From Patescibacteria group bacterium (GTDB lineage: Bacteria; Patescibacteriota; Patescibacteriia; UBA10025; JAHIVO01), in contig JAZDEZ010000021.1 in assembly GCA_043808365.1 (NCBI GenBank), positions 128,403 to 192,402 of the forward strand: a DNA stretch of 64,000 bases. The letters run 5' to 3'. Below the pieces are notes generated by a model. It searched no databases. It saw only the letters and a program-made list of their open reading frames with translations, and was not told the DNA's origin. Both the position numbers and the translations under genes were made by a program. Of the stretch, positions 56,211 to 63,224 are shown in pieces; positions within the stretch are counted from its first letter, which is position 1; every line of letters begins with the position of its first letter.

Positions 56211-56296
56211 TGGTGCCGGGGGAGGGACTCCAACCCTCACAGCCTTGCGGCTACAGGATTTTAAGTCCTGCGTGTCTAGCATTCCACCACCCCGGC
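56211..56296 (-). tRNA. tRNA-Leu (TAA)
   Basis: Anticodon loop CTTAAAA, long variable arm, CCA encoded. The D-loop reads GAATGCTAGA and the T-loop TTGGAGT, giving C19 and G56. Confidence 0.85.
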
Positions 56297-56755
56297 CTAC
56301 GGCTTTATTATATCAAATAATACGATTCCTAGCGCTATAGCCACGTTTAGGGATTCTTTCTGGCCGTGCATGGGGATGTCAATGACTTTATCGCATTTTT
56401 TCAGGAGGCTGGCTGGCAGTCCCTTCACTTCGGCCCCAACCACGAGGGCGAGCGGGAATTTTTTCTTTAATCTGAAATATGGAATGCTTTTTTTGGACTG
56501 TTCCAAAGCTATAAGCCGTAATCCATAAGCTTTAAGTTTTTTTAGTAAGGCTGAAGTGCTCCTGATTTTTTCAAAAGGGACTGTTTTTTCGGCGCCCAGG
56601 GCAATCTTGTCGATTTTTGGATGAGGCGGTGACGGGGTAATGCCGCAAAGGAATATTTTTTTCACGCCAGCCGCGTCTGCCGTGCGGAAAATAGCACCCA
56701 CGTTAAACCGACTCCTGACGTTATGGAGGATGAGGACGACGTTTCTATTATGCAT
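56297..56755 (-). CDS. SpoU/TrmH-family RNA 2'-O-methyltransferase
   Basis: NVGAIFRTADAAG and SLNVAIALGIVL motifs. The stop abuts tRNA-Leu. Confidence 0.8.
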   Translation of the reverse strand: MHNRNVVLILHNVRSRFNVGAIFRTADAAGVKKIFLCGITPSPPHPKIDKIALGAEKTVPFEKIRSTSALLKKLKAYGLRLIALEQSKKSIPYFRLKKKFPLALVVGAEVKGLPASLLKKCDKVIDIPMHGQKESLNVAIALGIVLFDIIKP

Positions 56756-56790
56756 AAAGTTTGGTGAAGCGGGCCGTCTACGGCGAGCCT

Positions 56791-56816
56791 CGCTCCAGCG
56801 CTATAGCGCTGGAGCG
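56791..56816. repeat. perfect 11-bp-arm palindrome
   Basis: CGCTCCAGCGC-TATA-GCGCTGGAGCG. Confidence 0.85.
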
Positions 56817-56924
56817 GGTGAGTCCTTCGACTTCGCTCAGGATAAACTCCTTCGAACCGCCGACCTCTTCCCCCGCCTGCCAGAGCCTAGATTAATCCCG
56901 GTAAAGCTATTGTTGATTTGGAAA

Positions 56925-56996
<72 letters not shown>

Positions 56997-57015
56997 ATTT
57001 TTTCATTGGTTTTTA

Positions 57016-57079
57016 CTCTTGCCTTGGGGCGGCGGGCAGGTTGGCAAGGAAGCGTTCTACCGCTGAACTACTACTCTCC
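57016..57079 (-). pseudogene. diverged 5' fragment of a tRNA-Gly(GCC)-like gene
   Basis: Minus strand reads GGAGAGTAGTAGTTCAGCGGTAGAACGCTTCCTTGCCAA, then CCTGCCCGCCGCCCC, then AAGGCAAGAG. There is no T-arm or 3' acceptor strand. Confidence 0.7.
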
Positions 57080-57225
57080 AGATTTAGTAGAATATGTCAT
57101 TCCGTCATTATGCTCTTTAACCCTTTTCTTTAAGTCAGCAGTGAATCCTATATCTAGTGTTGTTTTTAAGACTAAGTATTACATATACGTAATACATATA
57201 CCATACTAATTTAAAAAATTCAATA

Positions 57226-57300
57226 TGGAGGCCACGGGCGGATTCGAACCGCCGCATAAGGGTTTTGCAGACCCTTGCCTTACCACTTGGCTACGTGGCC
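57226..57300 (-). tRNA. tRNA-Cys (GCA)
   Basis: Anticodon loop CTGCAAA and T-arm GGCGG-TTCGAAT-CCGCC. CCA is encoded. Confidence 0.9.
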
Positions 57301-57381
57301 TTATAAAAATTAGATTGTCAAAAGGTCTCTTGCTACTTGCCTGCCCCGCCGAATGGCGGGGGCTATCACGCCGTTTAAATT

Positions 57382-57572
57382 GGGTTTTGTCCCGCGCTCT
57401 AATATTATTTTACTGTTGCGCGGGATCCCGCCGGAATTTATCCCGTCGAATGACGGGATGGCGGGACAGACCCTTGCCTTACCACTTGGCTACGTGGCCT
57501 TACTAAAATTGGATTGTTAAAAAGGTTTCTTACTACTTGCTTGCCCCGCCGAATGGCGGGGGCTATCACGCC
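57382..57572 (-). pseudogene. truncated, insert-bearing upstream copy of tRNA-Cys with duplicated 73-nt upstream region
   Basis: Positions 1-34 (57467-57499, identical to the real gene) are followed by the 77-nt inserts, then CAAAACCC (57382-57389), after which similarity is lost. Confidence 0.8.
57390..57466. repeat. two tandem hairpin inserts with TCCCGC...GCGGGA ends
   Basis: 57390-57425: TCCCGCGC-20 nt-GCGCGGGA. 57426-57466: TCCCGCC-27 nt (containing the inner hairpin ATCCCGTC-GAAT-GACGGGAT)-GGCGGGA. Confidence 0.8.
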
Positions 57573-57642
57573 AATTGGCTATCGGGCTACATGTGCGTAT
57601 AGATATGGTATCAATCCAGGGGCACTTTATCAAGGGTTGGCT

Positions 57643-57671
57643 AAAAATAAACCCCGCTCTAGAAAGCGGGA
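57643..57671 (-). terminator. rho-independent terminator of the 3D-domain gene
   Basis: CCCGCT-CTAGAA-AGCGGG. The minus strand is followed by a T-rich run. Confidence 0.65.
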
Positions 57672-57685
57672 TTTGTTGGTATTTA

Positions 57686-58183
57686 TTAGAGTATTTCCAT
57701 CTTGATATGTCTGACCCCCCACTGTATTGCCAGTTCTCGGGAAGGCATCCAGATGTCCGCTCGTTTATTGAATCGGGCAGCCATCCGGTCTTCTACGATG
57801 AAAATTTTATCGCCAAACTGGTCAGGGAACCGGACTTTCGTACCGATCGGTAGGAAGTTAGCGGCAATAATACCATCACGCACTTGCGTACCCGATGCGG
57901 TGGTGAATGGCGTGCTTCCGCATTGGTCTGCTGTTGAGGAGTAGGCAGTAACGGTAAGATTGACCGTTTTTTTAGCAATTGGTTGTGGACGATCAGGGGT
58001 TTCTGGCAACCGGGCAACAACAGCCGGGGCGATTTGGACGGCGTCTTCTTGCTGGATGATTTTCATAGGCTCGATTGCTGCTTGCGCCAGCGCCAAATGC
58101 GGAAATGCAAATTCAAAAGTAAAGATAGATAGGACGATTATTGTTATGTATTTGATTTTTCTGAGAATAATTTGATTGATCAT
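57686..58183 (-). CDS. 3D-domain (MltA/RlpA-like DPBB) secreted protein
   Basis: Signal anchor, then VTAYSS....CG..P.TASG...R.G.IAAN.LP.GT... Confidence 0.75.
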   Translation of the reverse strand: MINQIILRKIKYITIIVLSIFTFEFAFPHLALAQAAIEPMKIIQQEDAVQIAPAVVARLPETPDRPQPIAKKTVNLTVTAYSSTADQCGSTPFTTASGTQVRDGIIAANFLPIGTKVRFPDQFGDKIFIVEDRMAARFNKRADIWMPSRELAIQWGVRHIKMEIL

Positions 58184-58283
58184 ACGCTTCGGTTTAGTAG
58201 TCTTATGTTATATTGGCTAATATTAGTAATTATTTGCAATTAATTTGGTAATTTTAGCTAATATTAGTTACAAAATAGGTATC

Positions 58284-58313
58284 AAAAAACACCCTATCAC
58301 AAGGGTGCTTTTG
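58284..58313 (-). terminator. bidirectional hairpin terminator after ddl
   Basis: A6-CACCCT-ATCACA-AGGGTG-CTTTT. Confidence 0.65.
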
Positions 58314-58412
58314 AAGGCGTATCTTAGCAGAACCTGGGATTATGTCAACCCCTCGACTTGAACCCCCTCGATTTTTTACTAGGGGGCTACGCTCGGGGCG
58401 ATGGGGCAAAGA

Positions 58413-59438
58413 TTAGTGTTTTTTTCGCTGCAGGGCAAGCTCGATGAGTTTTGTTATTAAATTTTTATATGACAGTCCGCTGGCCTGCCACATTTTCGGG
58501 TACATAGAAATGGCCGTGAAACCAGGGATAGTATTAATCTCGTTCAGGTATATTTTTCCGTTTTTTTTCACCAGGAAATCCACCCGAGCCATGCCTTCAC
58601 AATTGGCTATGCGATAGGCTTCCAGCGCTAGTCTTTTGATTTCCTTGATGGTTTTTTGGGGTAAATTGGCCGGGATTTCCGGATAGCTTTTCCCGTCAAT
58701 GTATTTGTCGTTGTAATCATAGAACTCGTTTGACGGCACGATGCGGCCTGGCTTGGCGATTTTGAAGTTATCAATTGAGTTTCCAGACACTGCCACCTCG
58801 ATTTCCAGGCAGTTTTCAACTGACTCTTCAATGATCACTTTCACGTCGTATTTACGGGCGAATTTGATGGCAGAACCCAGATCATTCCGTTCCTTTACTT
58901 TAGTAATGCCGACCGATGAGCCAGTACAGGCCGGTTTGACGAAGACGGGGTATTTCAATCGTAAGGCTTGAGTATGGTTTTTTTTAATTTCTTTCGTAGC
59001 CTGTCTTTGATAATCAATAATAACAAACTTTGGTTTTGGCAGGCCGTGGTATTGCATCAGCTCGTTGAATACCCCTTTGTCCAGACAAAGGGAGGATGAT
59101 AATACATCGGCTCCGACGAATGGAATATTCAACATGCGGAACATGCCCTGGATTGTGCCGTCTTCGCCGCCCTGGCCATGCAGGACGGGAAAGGCCACGT
59201 CGATCTGGCGGTTGAGCGTGTTCAGGTCGGCCGATTTCAGGTTTTTAAATTCTTTCTTTTCAACATTTACCAGAATTTTTATTCCTGTCCAGAACCGTCC
59301 TTTTTTATCAATCCAAAATTCCCGCACCTTGAATCGTTTACGGTCAATGGCGGCAATGACATTTTTTGCGGACATGAGTGAAACCTCGTGCTCCGGCGAC
59401 TGCCCTCCGAAGAAAATGCCAATAGTGAGTTTTTTCAT
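58413..59438 (-). CDS. ddl: D-alanine--D-alanine ligase
   Basis: GGQSPEHEVSL and ATP-grasp motifs (ARVDF, LNEINTIPG). Confidence 0.9.
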   Translation of the reverse strand: MKKLTIGIFFGGQSPEHEVSLMSAKNVIAAIDRKRFKVREFWIDKKGRFWTGIKILVNVEKKEFKNLKSADLNTLNRQIDVAFPVLHGQGGEDGTIQGMFRMLNIPFVGADVLSSSLCLDKGVFNELMQYHGLPKPKFVIIDYQRQATKEIKKNHTQALRLKYPVFVKPACTGSSVGITKVKERNDLGSAIKFARKYDVKVIIEESVENCLEIEVAVSGNSIDNFKIAKPGRIVPSNEFYDYNDKYIDGKSYPEIPANLPQKTIKEIKRLALEAYRIANCEGMARVDFLVKKNGKIYLNEINTIPGFTAISMYPKMWQASGLSYKNLITKLIELALQRKKH

Positions 59439-59455
59439 AGTTTTATGCCTGATAC

Positions 59456-59911
59456 TTATAGTTCTTCCTCGGAAATCACGCGGATCCCATTTCTTTTCAG
59501 TAATGCGGTAGTAACGCCGTCACCATTTATTAGTGTTCCCTGGAATGTCCCGTCATATATCTTGCCCGTACCGCAGGAAGGACTTCTTTGTTTCAAAATG
59601 GCCTCAGTGCAATTATACATCTTTGCCAGTTTAAGTGTTTCATTTGCGCCAGCCACAAAACTATCCGTAATATCAGTATTATCCGGTTCGATTACTTTTG
59701 CCTTTTTATCTAGCACGTCATTTCCATTACCTCCGGCTATTTCCGCATTCCGTCTAGGGGTTGGTTGTCCACCGAGCTGCTCAGGACACACGGGGATCAA
59801 CACTTCCTTATTTGCTAGCGTAATAACTTTTTCGTTTTTTTTCACCCCCCCGTCGTATCGGCAATTGACCCCTAATAGACATGCACTGCAAAGTTTCATA
59901 TTTTTATACAA
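59456..59911 (-). CDS. DUF523 (TudS/YbbK-like) protein
   Basis: SACLLGVNCRYDGG motif. Confidence 0.75.
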   Translation of the reverse strand: MYKNMKLCSACLLGVNCRYDGGVKKNEKVITLANKEVLIPVCPEQLGGQPTPRRNAEIAGGNGNDVLDKKAKVIEPDNTDITDSFVAGANETLKLAKMYNCTEAILKQRSPSCGTGKIYDGTFQGTLINGDGVTTALLKRNGIRVISEEEL

Positions 59912-59945
59912 AGCGGGTAGGTTTGTAGTAGTTTAATCCTTATTG

Positions 59946-60016
59946 AGCGGGTAGGGAGAATCGAACTCCCGGCAACAGGTTGGAAACCTGTGGTATTACC
60001 ACTATACGATACCCGC
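59946..60016 (-). tRNA. tRNA-Gly (TCC)
   Basis: Anticodon loop TTTCCAA and T-arm GGGAG-TTCGATT-CTCCC. CCA is not encoded. It is flanked by perfect 9-bp complementary leader and trailer (59938-59946 and 60017-60025). Confidence 0.9.
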
Positions 60017-60109
60017 TCAATAAGGATTAATTGTTGTAATGTATTTATGTAAAGGGAATCCCCGCCAAAGGCGGGTCCGCCCCCATTTGATTTGATATCG
60101 GTGGGCGGA

Positions 60110-60289
60110 GAACTCCCGGCAACAGGTTGTCCCGCAACGATGAGACGAACGAAGTGAGTCCATCCTGTTGCGAGGATCCACGCCCCGCCATTCGGCGGTG
60201 CGGGAGAAACCTGTGGTATTACCACTATACGATACCCGCTCAATAAGGATTAATTGTTGTAATGTATTTATGTAAAGGGAATCCCCGCC
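60110..60289 (-). pseudogene. upstream pseudo-copy of tRNA-Gly(TCC) with a 76-nt insert in the anticodon and a lost 3' end
   Basis: An exact 84-bp repeat (60206-60289 equals 59983-60066) covers the leader plus tRNA positions 1-35. A 76-nt insert at 60130-60205 (TCCCGCA...TGCGGGA) follows, then positions 36-55 (60110-60129), then the unrelated hairpin 60076-60109. Confidence 0.85.
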
Positions 60290-60363
60290 TACCTACCTTA
60301 CAGCAGTAAGGTGGGCGTGGCACCTTGGGAGGAAAGTCGTTTAGAAAATCTTGGAGGGTAATG

Positions 60364-60705
60364 TTACGGACGCCAAAGGTATTGTGTAAGGTCAATATAG
60401 TAATTTCCTTGCCTCATTGTAACCTCAACCCCCTCTTTTTTCAAGAGTTCGGCCTGGAGATTTTTAGAGTGTTCTTGGCAGGTGGTGCTGATTCGACCCT
60501 CCCGGTTTATGATGCGCTGCCAGGGGATTTCCTGAAGTTTTTCGTCTGGCAAGACGTGCAAAGCCCAGCCGACCATGCGAGCGGCGCGCGGGGAGCCGAG
60601 TAGCGCGGCAATTTGGCCATAAGTAGCGACTTTTCCTCTTGGTACGCGCCTGACTAACGCGTAGACGTCGGTGAAAAAATTTTTCCTATTTTTTCGTAAT
60701 GGCAT
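60364..60705 (-). CDS. MGMT-family DNA-binding protein, probably alkyltransferase-like (ATL) without the active Cys
   Basis: VPRGKVATYGQIAALLG helix-turn-helix region. IPWQRIIN stands in place of the PCHRV active site. Confidence 0.7.
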   Translation of the reverse strand: MPLRKNRKNFFTDVYALVRRVPRGKVATYGQIAALLGSPRAARMVGWALHVLPDEKLQEIPWQRIINREGRISTTCQEHSKNLQAELLKKEGVEVTMRQGNYYIDLTQYLWRP

Positions 60706-61477
60706 GGATGAGTTTGATGGTATATGTGTCTGACCACGGCTTCAGGCCGTCCAAGAACGTCTTGCGCCCATTTTGGGATTGGCGGACAATCTTCCTGCCC
60801 ACGGATACGAACGCCTGAAATGTTTTTTTATCTTTCGGCGCTGATGCCGCTAGTAGTTTATAAAATTGGATTTTATCGAGGTTCACCATAGGTTTACCTG
60901 ACCGGATGGGATAGCCGACGTATGCCTTGATGGTTTTTTTACCAGCGATAGCGGCCAGTGTGGTGCGGCGCATGCCGTCGAAAAGGCGTAGCGAATGTTC
61001 GTGCCTGTCGAAAAAGACGAACACCGGGTGGTGGTCGCGTTCCGGTCGCGGCTGCAGATTGGGCATGTATTTTTTAAAAAATGCACGGTGGCCATGAAAG
61101 TATTCAGCGAATTCGTAAAAATTCCGGTGGCAGGCTTGGATAACTTTATCTACTTGTTGCGGGTTAAAACCGGTCATGGTCAGGTCAGAGATATTCCTGA
61201 CTTCCAGGCGCCATTCGTAGGTTGGGTCGGTTAATAATCGATAGACCCACTTTACCCGCCAACCCTCGGCAATGGCCGAAACTAGCAGCCAGTAGTGATG
61301 CAGGCCGTCGCGTTTGATGAAATTATTGACTGACCGTTTCATGAGACGGCGGAAGTCGGCCCGCCGGATGTCGCGGAAGATTTTCAGGAATTCGTGGTAT
61401 AAAAACTGGTTCGCCATGGCCGTGGGCGGTACGTGGCGACGTAGTGTTTTAATCGGCGGGGCAATAAGTTTTTGCAT
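60686..61477 (-). CDS. hypothetical protein with a possible ParB/Srx-like DGxxR motif
   Basis: 263 aa. RLFDGMRRTTLAAIAG resembles the ParB-like nuclease DGHHR segment, which is weak evidence. It overlaps the downstream ATL gene by 20 nt. Confidence 0.35.
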   Translation of the reverse strand: MQKLIAPPIKTLRRHVPPTAMANQFLYHEFLKIFRDIRRADFRRLMKRSVNNFIKRDGLHHYWLLVSAIAEGWRVKWVYRLLTDPTYEWRLEVRNISDLTMTGFNPQQVDKVIQACHRNFYEFAEYFHGHRAFFKKYMPNLQPRPERDHHPVFVFFDRHEHSLRLFDGMRRTTLAAIAGKKTIKAYVGYPIRSGKPMVNLDKIQFYKLLAASAPKDKKTFQAFVSVGRKIVRQSQNGRKTFLDGLKPWSDTYTIKLIHAITKK

Positions 61478-61515
61478 GTCGATGGTTTATTGTTCTCCTC
61501 CATCATCTGCTACAT

Positions 61516-62700
61516 CTAATCTGACCAGGGGGTGGCCGTCGGTGAGTCTTCGTGTTTTTTTGGAGATTTGGCCGTTTTTAATTTTTTGTCTATTTGTTCG
61601 AGGACGGAGGCCATCTGTCCAACCTCATTATTAGGGAGTGTTTCGGTAGTTGGTTCATAATGACCAGCTTCAATATGTTGGGCCATCAGTAGGAGTTCTT
61701 TCATCGTGCGTGTTATTCGGCTACTCATCCAGAACGCAAATCCAGTCACGGCCCCCATGACGCCAAGCCCGGTAAAGACATATACCCAACCCAGATCATC
61801 GACTGGCTTCGTTACTTCATCCTCCATCATTTCCACCAGAAAACACCATTGTTGCGACTCTACATATCCGTACCCGCCGATAATAATGTTATTATTGGAA
61901 TTTTTAAAACGCGTCAGTTTTTCGTCGTGCGATTCGACATCGTTCGTGCCCGTACTATATTTTTTTAAATCCGCTGAGCAGTTTGTGGTATTGGGATTGC
62001 TCACTCGTTCAAATAATGCCTGGTTAGTAAACCGTCCAGTCGTCAAACGCTGGCCTTCCTTGTTGATCAGGTAAGATTCCCCGGTTTCTCCAAGGGCGCG
62101 AGAATCAGTGACAATATCGGAAATTTTATTGAGGCGGAAACGACTGACAGCGACTCCGATAACTTTTGTATTATTTGTGATAGGGACGGCAACATTTATA
62201 TCTACTTCACTGGCGTTGGTGGAGTTGAGATATGCGCCTGGAATATAAGGCAGGGATCGGCCGTTGAGGAATTCTTCGGATTTTGACAGGTCTCCGCCGA
62301 GCGAAGTATTGAGGAATGATGAGGCTATGAGGGTTCCATTTGAGTCTAGAATATAAATTTCTATCAAATTATCGATAAGCGAGAATTTATTTTTAAGCAG
62401 GTAAATGGACAGTTCATTATTGCTGCAGGGGTTGGCAGCATGACCGTTTTCGGAAAGGCAACCTGAAATATATTCGTCACTTGCGGTTAGTTTTGTAAAG
62501 TTTTTAATTTCGCTAAGGTACGTTTCGATGTGTTCGGATCGTTCATTAATAATGACGCCCAACTGCTTAGACTGAGAGATTTTAATATCAGCTCGTAGCG
62601 CTCCCATGCTGATATATATTGCCGCACTAGTCACAATGGCAGCAAAAATACAAATTGGCAGAACAATACGAAATGTTAGGTGTCCTGTGCGAATTTTCAT
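61516..62700 (-). CDS. membrane sensor-like protein: Cache-type extracytoplasmic domain plus HAMP, no output domain
   Basis: TM1, an ectodomain of about 270 aa, TM2, then a HAMP-like helix and a short charged tail. Confidence 0.55.
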   Translation of the reverse strand: MKIRTGHLTFRIVLPICIFAAIVTSAAIYISMGALRADIKISQSKQLGVIINERSEHIETYLSEIKNFTKLTASDEYISGCLSENGHAANPCSNNELSIYLLKNKFSLIDNLIEIYILDSNGTLIASSFLNTSLGGDLSKSEEFLNGRSLPYIPGAYLNSTNASEVDINVAVPITNNTKVIGVAVSRFRLNKISDIVTDSRALGETGESYLINKEGQRLTTGRFTNQALFERVSNPNTTNCSADLKKYSTGTNDVESHDEKLTRFKNSNNNIIIGGYGYVESQQWCFLVEMMEDEVTKPVDDLGWVYVFTGLGVMGAVTGFAFWMSSRITRTMKELLLMAQHIEAGHYEPTTETLPNNEVGQMASVLEQIDKKLKTAKSPKKHEDSPTATPWSD

Positions 62701-62775
62701 AATTATTGAGATTATTTGTCGGGGTGCCTGGCCCCGGATCTAGTCCGGGGGAACCGGGAACCTCTCTGCCCTATA

Positions 62776-62849
62776 TCGGGGATGCGAGACTCGAACTCGC
62801 GACCTCCTGCTCCCAAAGCAGGCGCGCTAGCCAACTGCGCTAATCCCCG
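62776..62849 (-). tRNA. tRNA-Pro (TGG)
   Basis: C1:G72 pair, anticodon loop TTTGGGA and T-arm GCGAG-TTCGAGT-CTCGC. CCA is not encoded. It is flanked by GCCCTATAT and ATATAGGGC. Confidence 0.9.
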
Positions 62850-62873
62850 ATATAGGGCGGGACGCTCTAGCTA

Positions 62874-62939
62874 ATCCCGACGTCCGAAATAAAAATAATT
62901 GAGTCGGGATCCCGACCATAGCGTCGGGACTGAACTACA
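62874..62939 (-). promoter_or_regulatory. tandem CCGAC hairpin leader module upstream of tRNA-Pro
   Basis: Plus strand reads ATCCCGAC-21 nt-GTCGGGAT, then TCCCGAC-CATAGC-GTCGGGA, then CTGAACTACA. Confidence 0.6.
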
Positions 62940-63201
62940 CCCCGTTAGAAATTTTAGAATAATTCTTAAGCCTGTTTTTTAAAAAGCGTTTGCCCATTCC
63001 AGATTTTCAATACTTTTCTCGAGCCCGTGCGTCAGTTTCATTCCCGCAAGCCTCATAGTATGCCAGGATCATGGGTAAACGCAACCTAGTTGAGTAAACT
63101 TTGCCAGAATTATGTTCTTTCACTCTATTTTGTAAATTATTTGAATAACCAGTATAGAGTCCTTTATCCTTTTTACTTAACAATACGTATGTATAATACA
63201 T
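62935..63201 (-). pseudogene. GIY-YIG nuclease-domain gene with in-frame TGA
   Basis: MYYTYVLLSKKDKGLYTGYSNNL..R..EHN...REKY-TGA-KSGMGKRFLKNRLKNYSKISNGV*. The TGA at 63007-63009 is where the paralog at 35342 has Leu. Confidence 0.7.
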
Positions 63202-63217
63202 AAATTTCTAACGGGGA
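62940..63217. mobile_element. 278-bp unit made of the GIY-YIG ORF bounded by 15-bp inverted repeats
   Basis: CCCCGTTAGAAATTT at 62940-62954 has its reverse complement AAATTTCTAACGGGG at 63203-63217. The core CCCCGTTAGAAA matches the 4572-4679 element. Confidence 0.55.
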
Positions 63218-63224
63218 CACCCCG

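Noticed and set aside
57016-57079. Orphan tRNA 5' halves as Nanoarchaeum-style split tRNA genes, or the 76-77-nt inserts as tRNA introns.
   Set aside because: No matching 3' half or complementary GC tract is present in the window, and the insert-bearing copies lack a 3' acceptor strand. The inserts sit at positions 34/35 and 35/36, not 37/38, and are far too short for group I introns. An intact copy of each tRNA lies directly downstream. This remains testable genome-wide.
58222-58270. Direct repeat GCTAATATTAGT(A/T)A, two copies, upstream of the 3D-domain gene as a possible operator or c-di-AMP riboswitch region.
   Set aside because: There are only two short AT-rich copies. No ydaO-type conserved elements (for example ACGGGG...CCCGA) are visible, so evidence is insufficient.
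59983-60289. The exact 84-bp direct repeats looked at first like a repeat array (CRISPR-like).
   Set aside because: There are only two copies. The repeat is tRNA leader plus tRNA 5' half, and the sequence between is tRNA-derived plus hairpins. There are no cas genes and no spacer-like periodicity anywhere in the window.
63007-63009. In-frame TGA (GIY-YIG) and TAG (47936-47938, PlsC paralog) as evidence for an alternative genetic code or stop-codon recoding.
   Set aside because: TGA and TAG both serve as ordinary stops of well-conserved genes in this window. Examples are TGA at 1239-1241 ending the PfkB kinase and TAG at 181-183. Each in-frame stop is one substitution away from a Leu codon, so pseudogenisation or base error is the simpler reading.
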